In this document: positions 11,800 to 24,205 of the stretch, in pieces
Layout: every line of letters begins with the position of its first letter
Position numbering within the stretch: position 1 is the first letter of the stretch
Notes under the pieces: generated by a model
Database searches by the model: none
Seen by the model: the letters and a program-made list of their open reading frames with translations, nothing else
What the model was told of the DNA's origin: nothing
Position numbers and translations under genes: made by a program
Assembly (NCBI RefSeq): GCF_963921235.1
Contig: NC_086106.1
Location: 22,630,001-22,694,000, forward strand
DNA from: Mobula hypostoma
Taxonomy: Eukaryota
Length of the DNA: 64,000 nucleotides
Direction: 5' to 3'

Positions 11800-13990
11800 A
11801 GTTACGATTTCTGTCTTGCAGAGTTGCTCAATTATAACTTGGTAAATTTTAAATCAAATTATTATAAATAGGCGACATAGGAGCAGTAGGTGTAAAATCA
11901 TTGTGGACAGAGCTCAGGAACTGGAAGGTTGAAATCCCAGAACTCCTGTTGTATACAGACCTGTGAGGTTGTGGTCCAGAAACCGTAACGGGAGACAGAA
12001 TATGCGTTTCAAAAGGGAATCCTCAGATTTCCTCCAAGTGGCAATGTTTCAATGCCAATTTGGATTTCAATAAGCAGGTAGAATGAAAAAATGGGTTTGG
12101 TACAAAATTCAAAGAGGATGGTTTTCGAGACTGCCTCTGATATGGATTCTTACAGAAGATCCTGGATAGGCCAATTAGGTGGTCAGCTATTTTTGAATGG
12201 GTGAAGAGCAAGGACCGGAAACGAATAAGAGAGCTTACAGTGGAAATTACCCTAACACGAAACCTAAGGGGCAAGTCATGATAATATCATTGAATGCACT
12301 CTGAAATTTGAGAAAGCAAAGTTAAAGTCTGATGTATCAGTAGCAAAGCAGAGAGAGCGGAATTATATCGGTTCGAGAGAAAAATTGGCCAGATTTTTTT
12401 TTGAAAAGAACACTGTCAGGGATGTCTGTGAAAAAAAAACAACATTTTTTTTGTTGTTTACAAAGACGAAGGGTAATTATAAAGGGACATTCTGGATGAT
12501 GATTGTTTTTCAAAGATTTCCGATGACACGAAGAATGGTGGAAGGCCAGGTAGATTCCAAGAATGGACAAAGAAATAATAGTTTGAACGCAATGTTAGGA
12601 ATTGTATGGTCATACACTATGATAGAAGAAACTAAAGTGTTGACTGTTTTATAAAATGGGAGAAAATACAAAAAAAAAAACAGGGGCACAAAGGAACTGA
12701 TAGTCCTTGTGCAGGATTCTCTAAGGATTGATTTGCAGGTTGAATCTGTGGTGGGGAAGCCAACTTAATATTTATATTCCTTTCAATAGGCTAGAATGCA
12801 GAATCAAGGATATCATTTTGGGACATTATAAAGAAATGGTGAGGCCTCACTTAGTGATTTAAGAAAAGCTTTGGCTCGGTTATTAGGAGGGGAGGAGAAG
12901 ATGGCGGCGCGGCGCTGCCGCGCGGACGCTCCGAGCTGATATCGGCATTTTTTAAGTAAGTACCGTGCACATTCCGGATTTGATGGAGACAGACGTGAGA
13001 AGCACGGAGGAACATCTGGAGAAACTTCTGAAATGCTTGCTTCGCTGCCGCTGCTACTGTGAGATCGAGGATCTCCGGAGGAGAAGGCCCCAAATCATCG
13101 GTTTTGCCTATTGCTTGTTGCCAGGGCCGGGGTCGAAATGCTCGGCAGAGAGGGTGCTCGGTGCTCTGTACCGGAGGACTGATCAGAGGCTCGAAATTTT
13201 CGGACGGGCACAAAAATGGGCTGTGGTTGGGTTCTTCCAGCCTGCTGCAACGGCAAGTTTGGGGCGCTGGAGGTTCATGGATGACGATTTTTTTTTTTCC
13301 TTTCTTCTACCGTCTGCGTAGGATGATGGGACTTTCGAGAGATTTTGACATTTTTTTGTTTTACCGTGCCCATGCTTTGTTCTTTATCTGTTATAATTAT
13401 GCATTTTTGTCAGTTCTTTTAGTCTTGGTTTGTCTTGTGTTTCTGTGATATCATACTGGAGGAGCATTTTACCATTTCCTAATGCATGCATTACTAAATG
13501 ACAATAAATGAGGACTGTGTGTCCTCATAATCTAATAATCTAATAATACCGATGTGTGAAAAATTGTTACTGTTGAAGGGAAAATCCAGAAAAAATAATT
13601 CTAGCATTGAATGCCTTGTCATGTGAAAATCGTTTGTTGGTTCTGGGTCGATATTCACAAGAATTCATAATAATGAGGTGTGACATGATTATAACTTATC
13701 GAACGTAGAATACTTTGATAGAAGATCAATGGACAGGACATTTGCATGGCAGGAGGGGTTAGGACTATGCAGCACAGACTCAGAATAGAGGATCGTCCTT
13801 TCGGAACCGAGAACAGGAGGAATTTCTTGAGCCTCAGAGAGGTATATAGTGGAATTATTCGCTACAGGCAGCTGCTGAAACAGTCATTATGATTCTGTAG
13901 GGCAGAGCTTGGTAGATTCCCGATTACTGAGGTCATGATGGGATCCGAGCCGACTGCTGGGAGGAAGTCAATGGGCTCATAAGAAGAAAA
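11800..13990 (+). mobile_element. Heavily decayed CR1 ORF2 (endonuclease/RT), interrupted by the 12880-13547 insertion
   Basis: CR1-like blocks ..ctgtgaggttgtgg..cc, agaggatggtttt..gac, gtgaggcctcactt, gatcgtcctttcggaaccgaga..aggaggaatttctt; no long ORF. Confidence 0.75.
12880..13547 (+). mobile_element. Non-autonomous LINE-derived (SINE-like) element, ~0.67 kb
   Basis: GC-rich head with AAGATGGCGG (12898-12907). Tail aatgacaataaa + 7-bp hairpin tgaggac-tgtgt-gtcctca (13509-13527) + taatct/aat repeats. No RT or EN. The tail resembles the Rex/Babar 3' end at 61108-61130(-). Confidence 0.6.
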
Positions 13991-14689
13991 AAAAATACTC
14001 GTCATGAAGAAATACAGAAGTCGAAACTATAGGCTAAATGTTCTATTTCTGTTCGTATTTACCGCCCAGTTTGTCTTATTTTATGCTTCCACGTTTGACA
14101 GGCTGCCTAACCCAGTCGTTCCATTCTGTTCGATATTGCTCATTAACGCTGTCACTGTGAGATACATTTTCGTGTCCAGTCGCTGCTGCAGCAGCCTCCC
14201 GGATTTCTGTGGAAATGCTGACAGCATCAGATAATGGCGAACAAAATACAGCCCGTTTTTTTTTCTTCTTCATTTTCTTCTTGTAATGTCCAATAATATA
14301 TGCCTTCTCCCTGTCAGAAATGTCTGTATTCCTGTGCACAACAGAAGTTTCACACCATTTGTATTCTGGATTTCGCAAAATCCTTTGACAATATTTGATG
14401 AAACTGAGATGATGCGGCTGCTGTCGAGGACTTGCACAGAGAAAGTTACTTACAGGGTGACACAAAATAAATTAGAGCTTCATTTTATTTAGATTTAGCT
14501 ACCTACCTAATTAAAAGTCCTGACAAATATAAATGATATGGACATATTCAGGGTCAAGTAATATCTCAAACGACGGCCCATTTGTATTTTAAATTCAGAA
14601 TTGATTATCTTTCTTCCTCCCTCTTCTAGTGCAGTGTACCCTGCTGCTTTTAAACATCCACCTTTACCTTTGTACCTATAAAGACCAAG

Positions 14690-15830
14690 GTAACCTCTTT
14701 GAACGATTGACGTCCTGGCCTACTCAGCTGAACATTAAGCAAATGCTTTGAGAGGCTTGGAAGAGCTGCATCTGCAGCATGTTATCACACACAATGGACC
14801 TCCTACAGATTGCACATCAACAGAACGGATCCAGAGATGATACAATAGCCACAGATCTACAAACTGTCTTTACACATCTGAAAAAATAAAGATGCTGATG
14901 TGCGAATGCTGTTCTGGACTACAGTTCAACAATAAACCCGAGAATTCCTTCCAGGTTCGAAAAAAAAAAGCTAAGAGACCTTGGTCTTCACACTACCTTG
15001 TGCAGCCGGATCCTGGACTTCCTGTCAGATTGGAGGGAGGTGGTAGGAATCGGCTCTCTCACCTTTGCCCTTCTGACCCTCACCGCAGGTGCCCCTCAGG
15101 CTCAGTCCTAAGCTCCCTCCTTATCGCTCCGTATACCCATCGCTAAGTCCCCATCCATAGATCCAATCGACTAAATAAATTAGCTGATTGATCGGCATTT
15201 TTTGGCCTAATCTCAAGGAATATACTGAAAGGCAGTCCACACAGATAAGTCATCATCCTGACACAGTGGTGTCAAGAAAACAACCTCTTCCTCAATGACG
15301 CAGAAACAAGGGCGTAGGTTGTGGATTACGAGGTGGAATGCAAACAGGTTACCCCTATTATCATCAATGGATCTGGAGTTGACAGGGTGACCTGCTTTAA
15401 GTTCCACGGTTAAAAACATCAGCGGGGATTTGACGTGATCTGCATATACCGGCTGTGTTGTAAAAAACAAACAAAAAAAATCACAATAGCACCTCTTTCA
15501 CTTCAGACATTGCAAAAAAAGTATGGTATGGACCTCAGAATCCTGACTGGTTGCATCACTGCCTCCTATGTGAACTGTGCTTCCCTCAATCGTAGGTCAC
15601 ACCAGAGAATGGTGCGAACAGCCCAGGAATTTTGTAGAAGTGAACTTCCCATGATCAGGAAATTTACAATGACAGGTGTGTAAAAAAGGCCCGACGCATC
15701 ACTTGAGACACGAGACACCCCAACCACAAGGCAGTTGCAGTTATTTCCATACAGGAAACATTACGACAGCATAAAAGCCAGGACCAAAAGATTCCGGAAC
15801 AGCTTCTTCCAACGGCAAATATAGTGATTA
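14690..15830 (+). mobile_element. Decayed Rex1/Babar-type LINE (RT and 3' part)
   Basis: Remnants of CFERL..DLLQIAHQQNGSRDD..VRMLF.DYSS, ..WCQENNL.LN.., ILTGCITA.Y..HQRMVRTAQ; frameshifted. Confidence 0.8.
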
Positions 15831-16976
15831 ATTCACGTTGATGGAATTATCTTTCTATGTTATATTGACTGTCCTGTTGTACATACCATTTATGAAAATT
15901 ACTCTAAATTGCACGTTGATTTTTTACACAAAGAGTTAACGTAAATGTGCACGTGAAGAATGTAAGTCATAAAGTCATTTCAGTTCAGTGCAATTCACTA
16001 CGGGAGCAGAGATGGGTGCCGTTGTTTATTTCACCAGGTTCAGCAATACATTCCCATGTGTAAACGGAATCTATGAGCAATGTGCCATTGGAAGGACTTG
16101 CGTCGTGGCTCGATCCTTGTTTTTTTTTACATCATTAGAAGTACACTCCAAATTATGCCTAGTCGCCAGCAATTTCTTCCTTGATTCAACTAACAATGGT
16201 TCTTTCAGTCACCGTATACAAAAGCCATAAACTATGCCCCTCATTCATACATTCATTATTTGTCACAGCAGACAATCAGCCATTATTGTCTGGCGCGTAG
16301 AGTCTCTTTCCGATTTACCTGGTCACGGCATGAATGTTCCTGACTCGACCCTTATTGCGTAGAGGGCAGAGTGGCTTCCTCGGAGCTCAACCGGGCACGG
16401 ATAAAAGCGCACCCGAGGGAATCGACTGGGTTTGATCTTGGGAGCCTTTTCTCCAAAGTCTGGCGCTGATGTCGCTGCGCCATCAACCGGCTAACTATGT
16501 CCCTGATAATCGTTTTATTTTTGTTTGTTTAATTTCATTCTCTCAATTTTGATGCCTTTGATGCCCGATTAAACTCAGTTCTCGGATAGGATCATATATT
16601 TTTCCCCGACTTCCACGATTTGTTGGCTGCAGCATCCTTTTTTTTTTTTGGTTTACACAAATAAGTTGATTCTGGCAATACATCTCTCAGGTTAAATGCG
16701 TTCTTCCTGGAGGATTGCTTCAATAATGTTTGAACAATTAATTTGGTATTACGTTATATTACCTGCCATTTTCGGGAAAAGTCGATAAAATATTATTTAA
16801 AAAGCACACACAGGTTGCTGCGGATCTTCATGCAATTAGTTCTTGTATAGATCGTGTAGTGGTACAGCACAGAAAAAAAAATGTCTTTTCGTTTACTCTG
16901 TCCTTACTGATAATGCTGACGTACCGCTATCCCATTTTCACACATTAAGATCCGATATTTTCTTCCATGCCATATG

Positions 16977-18418
16977 TGTAATGGTCCAGTCCGTCAAATT
17001 CACTTTCCGGTTCTCGGTTCGGTCCATTCTCCATATTCCATTTTTTTTTCCGGTTTTCCCCAGTTTCTCTTGAGGCAGCTGATTCTGCTTTCGGCTGGCT
17101 TCATAAATACCGTTAGGATTCAGTCTCTGGCTGTCGGATTTTTCCTGTCCATACCCTTTCTGAATCCCTTCCCTTCCCCTGACTTCTGTTGCCTCGTATG
17201 AAGCCTTGCCTCGCCTCGCCTTGTCTGATTGCTTACCTTCCCTCGCCTTGTCTGAAGCCTTGCCTCGCCTCGCCTTGTTTGATTCCTTGCCTCCCGTCGC
17301 CTTGTCTGAGGCCTTGCCTCGCCTCGCTTCGTCTGAAGCCTTTCCTCGCCTTGCCTTGTCTGAAGCCTTTCCTCGCATTGTCTCGTCTGAAACCCTGCCT
17401 CGCCTGTAACCCTCGCCTGCACTGCGGTCAAGTTCAATCGCCGGAACAAGATAACGATCTGTTGATCTTTCTTTTGAACTGTCTGTGTGTCCACGCCTTC
17501 ACTAGGTAGGTCCGGCCGTTTGCTGTTCCATAGTGTTGGGAACTGTCCGCATCCACGTCTTCGCTGGATAGGTCCGGCAGTTTGTCGGTACCTTGTTTTG
17601 GGAACCGTCTGTATCCACACCTTTGCTAGGTAGCTCTGCCGTCTGTTGCTACCTTGTCTTCGGAACTGTCTCGTCGTATTCAGCACTCTGAGTAATAAGT
17701 CACGGCCCTACATCCTGGAGGGGTCCTGGCTCTGTGTTCTATGTAAGAGTTCCGGCCCTCTGTCCTGTTTCCAGTGAGGGGTCCCAGCTCTGTGTTCCAC
17801 GTTCCTGTCTCTCTCTCGACCAAGTCAAGTTTGCGGCGTCTGATCCGGACCTAGCCAGGTCCAGGAACCAAGTCGTATCCAAGTCAAGGCTTCGTGTTCC
17901 CGTCCTGGTCATTCGCCTCGTCCTGTGCTGGAAATTCCCTCGTCTTGCCCAGGAGTCTCTTGTTCTGTCCTGTAGACTCGCCTAGTCCTGTCTCCTAAGA
18001 CCACGTCATGTCTTCGTCTAGTTCCCGAGTCCGAGCCCTAGTCAAGACCCTCTTTCTGAGTCCTTGTCCAGTCTCTGGCTCGGATTCCGAACCCAATCCC
18101 CGTGATGTACTAGCCTCGAAGAACCCAAGCCTCGTCATGCCCTCACCTAGATCTGGGGTCCGATTCCCACTCAAGACCCGGAGTTCGGGTCCTTATCCAG
18201 CCTCTGGCTCGGAGTCCAAACCCAGGCTCCTAGTTCCAAGTTCCATGTCCTGGTTCTGCTACCCTAGTCAGGTGTACGTTAGGCCCTGTATCGTTGTCTT
18301 GTCCAGCGTCCTTTCTTCCCCACTTCCCTTGCTTTCTTGACTAACCTAGTCTAGTTCCTTCCATTTCAGTGTCCGTGCCTCGCATTTGGGTTCACCATCA
18401 GCGCCCTCCCTTATGACA
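16977..18418 (+). mobile_element. Solo LTR (Ty3/Gypsy-type), 1442 bp, 5-bp TSD ATATG
   Basis: Begins TGTAATGGTCC and ends CCTTATGACA; ATATG at 16972-16976 and 18419-18423; internal tandem repeats of gccttgcctcgcctc and ~60-nt units. Confidence 0.9.
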
Positions 18419-19689
18419 ATATGAAGCCCGTTCCATATTTTAAGCATTTACTGTAAAAATAGTTTGTCTTTGAAAACTATACCATAAATTGACGTGTACA
18501 CCCATGATCATCAGCCAAACCTCTGAACATATCGTCAAAAATGGAAGAAGTTCGAAGCACCACAGCTATCTTAAGACGGTGAGTTGAATCCAGAGTTTTA
18601 TGACAGAGGGGAATGGAGACCGTTTCAACCTTATGCGAGACGATTATAGATGGAATATGATTTAATATAAGAAATTTGTTTCGCAATGTCTTTGGATTCA
18701 CTTCGTGACGAACTGTCGATCAATCATAGGCGTAGATCGCACTTTTTTTTTGCGGAAACGAGTACTCAGTTTCTAAAACCGTTCCTTCTTTAGAGCACTC
18801 AGCTTACTATAAACTGCCTTCATGCATCGATCGTCACATTTATTTGAGGACACCTCCGTTGTTACGGTATCAATACCGTTTTTATAATCGATGTTTTTAT
18901 TCAAATTATCAACTGCAACTTTATATTTATAATCAAGCAGATTAAATTGTGAAAGTTCTCCTTAACATAATCTATTAAAGCCCCATGACTGATAACCGGA
19001 ACAAAAGGGAAAGCAACCCGCAAAAAAAAAAAAAATATATCAGATACCTATGAAAACACATGCAATTCTAAGGAGCGAATTTCTGAAAATTTCTAAATAT
19101 TTGCAGTGGAAGCATCTAGGAACTCCTTCCATCGAGTGTAGCTTTGTTTGTCCTTTAACTTATGTTCGTTCACTTAGAAAACTAAAATAAACATCGAATG
19201 TTTTCGGCATCCCAAATCACCTAAATGAAATGCAGACTGCATGGGTAAGTTTACGTATCAAAGTTTACATTCTTTTGAATAGGGTATGTTAAAGTAGATC
19301 ATATTATTTGAGTAAAACAATGAACGTTTGCCAAGGTATGAGCAATGATCAGATATCGATGCACTGAAATGTGTTGTGCTAATAGACTGATTCAAAGATA
19401 GATAAATGGAGAATGGGAAAAGAGAAACTACAGATAAAAAGAGACACTAACACGAGGAAATCTGCAGATGCTGGAAGTGCTGGGCAATGGATGCTGCCTT
19501 CCTGCGATAGCACTCCATGTAGATGTGCTCAGTGGTGGGGGGAGGTTTACTCATAATGGGCAGAACAATATTAACCATTTTTGTAGGCTTTTCCATTCAA
19601 AGGCATTGGTGTTTGCATATCAGGTCATGATACAACCAGTCAATATACTCTCCACCATGCGTTCACAGGAGAGTTAAACGTAGGGTATT

Positions 19690-20740
19690 AGTTGATAAGC
19701 AACACACACCGAATGCTGGTAGAGCGCAGCAGACCAGATAGCGTCAACGGGGGGAGGCGCAGCAGAGGTTTCGGGCTGGGTCTCTTCGTTGGGACTGGCT
19801 GGGGGAGGAAATAGTGGGAGATTTTGGGGTGGGAGGGGGCGGGTTATCCGGGGTGGTGGGGGGGACGGCAAGTGGAGGGATGGCGCTGGGAGCTGGAGGG
19901 TTGATTGGCAGAAGGGATACTAGGCTGGAGAAGGGAAGGGATCGTGGGATAGGGAGCCTGAGTGGGGGGGAGGGGGGAAGCACCAGAGGAAGATGGAGAG
20001 CAGGCAGTCGTTTACCGTCAGAGGGACGGGGGAGGGAAGGAAAAGTTGAGAGCTAAAAAAACGGGAAAAAAAATAAATAGAAAGGTGAATGGATGAGGGA
20101 TGGGGTAGGAAGGGGAAGGGGGCATAAACGTGAGACCCGACGCAGACTGGGAGACCGTTTCACTGAACATGTACGCTCTGTCCGCCGGAGAGAGCAGGAT
20201 CTCCCAGCAGCCACACATTTTAATTCCACATCCCATTCACATTCTGATATGTCTATCCATGGTCTCCTCTACTGTCAAGATGAATCCACACGCAGGTAGG
20301 AGGAACAACACCTTATATTCCGTCTGGGTAGCCTCCAACCCTGATGGCACAAACATTGACTTCTCTAACTTCCATTAATGTCCCTCCTCCCCTTCTTACC
20401 CAATTCCTTATTTATTTACTTTTTTGTTGTTTTCCCTATTTTTTTTTCTCTCTCTGTGTCCCTGTCACAATAACTCTTTGACTGCTCTCCATCTTCCGCT
20501 GGTGCTCCCCTCCCCCCCTATTTTCTCCCTAAGATTCCCGTTCCATGATTTTCTCCTTTCTCCAGCCTTGTATCCATTTTGCCAATCAACATTCAAGCTC
20601 TTACCTTTAGCCCTCCCACTCTTGTCTTCCCCTATCATTTCGGATCTCCCCCTCCCACTTTCAAATCTCTTGCTATCTCTCCTTTCAGTTGGTTCTGACG
20701 AAGGGTCTCAACCCGAAACGTCGACTGTACCTGTATTCTG
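19690..20740. mobile_element. Penelope-like element fragments: inverted terminal copy (-, ~19690-20110) and GIY-YIG C-terminus plus terminal repeat (+, ~20110-20740)
   Basis: ETRRRLGDRFTEHVRSVRRREQDLPAATHFNSTSHSHSDMSIHGL..EQHLIFRLGSLQP (20093-20380) is the PLE GIY-YIG tail. The C/T-rich 3' region ends in a hammerhead motif; a diverged inverted homolog lies to the left. Confidence 0.88.
20691..20726 (+). ncRNA. Minimal type I hammerhead ribozyme motif with an intact core (PLE-associated)
   Basis: GGTT-CTGACGA-A-GGGT-CTCA-ACCC-GAAAC-GTC/GACT. Stem I GGUU:GACU (2 Watson-Crick + 2 GU pairs), 4-bp stem II, palindromic ACGU in place of stem III; predicted cut after 20722. Confidence 0.75.
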
Positions 20741-21636
20741 TATGGGTGTCAAATACAAATTTTCTCCCTCTCTCCAAAGATGTTCACTGAGCTGCTTTAC
20801 TTTTGAATTTCATCTCCAAATCACGATATTTCCATGCACTAGTCCTGTTTCTTTTATTGTTTTTTTTATTCTTTTATGACTTTGGAGAAATTCTGACAGT
20901 GTCTTAAAACTGTATATTCGTTATTATGTTATTTACGGTTTATATTTCAAGATTTTCAGCAAACCAATTAATTTAGGAGATATAATTAGCTTATCCCTTA
21001 CAATATCTGGGTCTAGAGCAATATATACCATCGGGAAGTTGTGCCAAAATTACATTTTCAAATCAGGATTTAATAAACCGCAACACTAACAAAGAAATAC
21101 ACTCAGTATGACCGCTGCAACTTTTTTAAAAATAATGCCAGCTCATTAATATTTCCAATTTCTATCTACCTTACGGAACATGGTGGCGGCTGTGAATCTA
21201 TCCCGTAGGACTGCAGTTTCCCCAAATGCATCACTCAGTACTGTCTGGCTATAGCGATGGACAATCCCTTGGTGACACTCTGCAAAATGGTATTACATCG
21301 GACCACACGTCTTGACCATTTTTGTTCTTGCTGATTCCCACTCATCTCCGCTGTTCATGCCGTTTATAGTCAAGTTCGGACTTCTCTGAAGTTATTTCTC
21401 TCAGAATCTCTGAATTAAAAAAAATATTCCACAGACGTCCGTGGTGTTTGTTCCATTGATAATGGGCGCCTCCTTAATTTTAAAGAACATTCACCTTCCC
21501 TGCATTTATTCTTCTTTTCCAAGATTTATGATGAATATTCTGAACAGTAAATTTATATTCTCCTTCCTTTACATTGAGAAAGTCTGGCTCATTTTATCCG
21601 GGCTGCACATATCTTTACATCCACTATAGTTTATTC

Positions 21637-21660
21637 ATATATATATATATATATATATAT
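21637..21660. repeat. (AT)12 microsatellite
   Basis: Read directly from the sequence. Confidence 0.95.
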
Positions 21661-24205
21661 CTTACACTTTGAGTCTTTCGTAATGATATACGGTTCAGAT
21701 TTCAGTCCGCAGAGGCCATCGGGAGCTCAACAATTGTCAGAGGATAGCTAACCAAAGGAAATCAATGGATTTATTCCTTGCCATTTCTGTCCTTCGCTGC
21801 GCCACTCCTGTCGCACTACTGATTTGCTATCGATAGTTCGAATTCTTTGTCCTTTGGACTTTACCAAGCTCTTTAGCAAAATTTGAAGATATTGCGCTAT
21901 TGCTCCTACTGCTCTGCTTCTGCACAAACGCAGTGATTTGCACCGTCAACCAGAAGGAAATTAGAGGGCAGCTGATACATGCGCTCGATATAATAATTTT
22001 GCCTGGTCGCAAAATGAAATGAATAATTCCGATTCAAGTAATGTCTCTAGACAAAGAGAGATTACGATCCTTTTGCATCATGATTTATACTGGAGTGAAT
22101 ATTACAATAAAATTAACACGAAGATCTACCATACAGCCTTTGTGTCCACCAGATACTATTCTTCATGTGAGTGCATTTTCCTGCAGACTATGCTACGAAA
22201 CGACCCCCAATAACATGAAGGTGTGGAAGGATTTGCATCAAATCTACTGCGTATGTTATTACTATACCACCTGTGAACTGTTCATATTTACCTCTCGCTG
22301 CCTCACAATTATTTGCTTTGCATCGCCAAATGCGACCAACTTTGTTCAGTATTTCCATTCCCTCTCTTTTCTAACACGTGCTCTTTTATTTTGCCTCATT
22401 TAACCGAACTCTTTGACAATCCTCACGTGTTTTTTGCATCATTTTCGTGATTTTTGTTCGGCAGTTTCATCTTCAGGGAAAACTTAAACAGCTGAAGATG
22501 CGGGCTGAGTAGCTTTCATCAAGTCTGGAACGTAAAGAAGGAAGTCTGTATCAGAAGGTGAGCGCAGGTGAAGACAGGTTGGTGAGGGTGGGGAGTGTAG
22601 TAAAAAAACTGGGATTGGTGCAGAAGATATGGGATATTAGAAGAAGGAAACTGATTACGAAGGGCATAGTGGTAACTTTGTTCCATCCATCCAAGACAAG
22701 ATTACACAGTGGCCAAAGTTATACTTTTAATTTCAAAATATTGCACCATTTTATGGGAACACAGGAGAGCAGAGCGATACCTGTCTCTCTCTGGGTATTA
22801 CATGAAGGTAAATTTACTTGCATCACGTAGTTGCGGCATGATGTATGCATTTCAAATGTTTTCGTAATTAACCGGTAATGCTTTTATTTAATGAACAGAT
22901 TGCTATTCAAATATATTTAAATATTATGTAAGTACTCCAAATACGACAGATAACCATTTAAAATCGAATCCCTGTCTCTCTTCCAAAATATATATATTCC
23001 ATGGAACTATTTCAAGAAGACATCAACATCCAACGCGTGGAAAATATGCACAGAGCAAAAAGGAGATCGACCAACAGAAGGAATATCAAATCGCAAACCC
23101 GGATTCCTGTAGTATTCACCTTAGTTCAGTTCAATGCCACGCCTTAATTCCACTGCAGGCAGCACACGAGCATGCTTAGCTGAAGCGCCCCCGTCACCAA
23201 AGATCCACCGGATCAAACCGCTCAACGGAAAAATAAGAGTAACCACTTTCCAGTACCACAAACACAAGACCTCAAACTCCTCTGAGACGAGTCCTGCAAA
23301 GTCCTACAGATTAATCCTGGTAGTATGGGAACCAAGTCCCTGCACCACCCTCCCCAACAGACAGGAAGAAGGAAATGAAGTGCTGTTTATCGCAATTGAA
23401 GTGGTGAATACCAGCCAGTACTCCACTCTAGTCATCGTCGAATCCAAACTTGCTTTAATCGGAGAGAAGTATTGCGCTCTAGGCCGCACACTTTTTACTC
23501 CAAAATAAACTGTTCACCCTCGGAATCAACTAAAGTCCTGATCGGTCAATCGGAACAAAATAAAATAACATCCAAAATTAAATCTTTGGTTTCAATTGGA
23601 TGCAGACGAGTAGTAGAATCACATTTAAAGAAAGAGAAAAAAAAGGAAGAAAGTCAGCAAACTAATTAGTTTCATGAATTGCTTTTAGGACGTTGCTGTT
23701 CCTCGCACTGTTAGTTGGCCCCATCAAGTGTCTGTCAGGTTTGCTACATTTTAGCCAATAATAGGTTTAGGAAAGAACCATGGGGACACATGTCTCAAAC
23801 AGAATCGTTCATATCTATACTAGGATATCACAATGTGGAAGGAAATCGGGAAACAACATGAGAACTGATTTCGTACTACCAGTGAACAATCACAAGAATG
23901 TGGGATGACTCGGTAAACAGAAATGACCCAAACCGAATGCGACTCAGGAAGTCCATGCAAAACTTTACAGAAGTAAAAGACCATAATACTTAGAAAGCTT
24001 CCGGCATTTTGTATTTCCATGTTCTGCAAAATATTTCAGGCACTCTGCGGCTCATGTTCTGCCTATTATTAGTTTACTTGATTTACTGTTTGCACGACTT
24101 TCTTTTTTTCTCGCATACTGGATATTTAATTGTGGACTTTTTTGTTTTTTTCTTCTATTGTGTTTCGTTCATTTATGACTGCCGGTATGAAGATGAATCC
24201 GCCGA

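Noticed and set aside
14121-14190. CACAGTG heptamer (minus strand, 14153-14159) + 23 nt + ACAGAATGG after a DTKMY-like stretch
   Set aside because: Poor nonamer, no YYC, WY or first Cys in any upstream frame; treated as a chance cryptic RSS.
16938-17686. Repetitive basic ORFs (RRGKASDEA..; also 38056-38469 and ~7600-7900) apparently conserved antisense in all three LTR copies
   Set aside because: They come from LTR tandem repeats. Comparing the shared block codon by codon, most differences are non-synonymous, so there is no sign of protein-level selection.
17505-17690. ~60-nt direct repeats with variable intervening sequence, superficially CRISPR-like (also 7380-7560, 37900-38090)
   Set aside because: The units are imperfect tandem repeats inside a TSD-flanked LTR, with no unique spacers and no cas genes, in a vertebrate context.
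19690-20740. Large fold-back formed by inverted Penelope termini
   Set aside because: The arms are clearly diverged by eye, so a stable long hairpin is unlikely; inverted termini are a known PLE arrangement.
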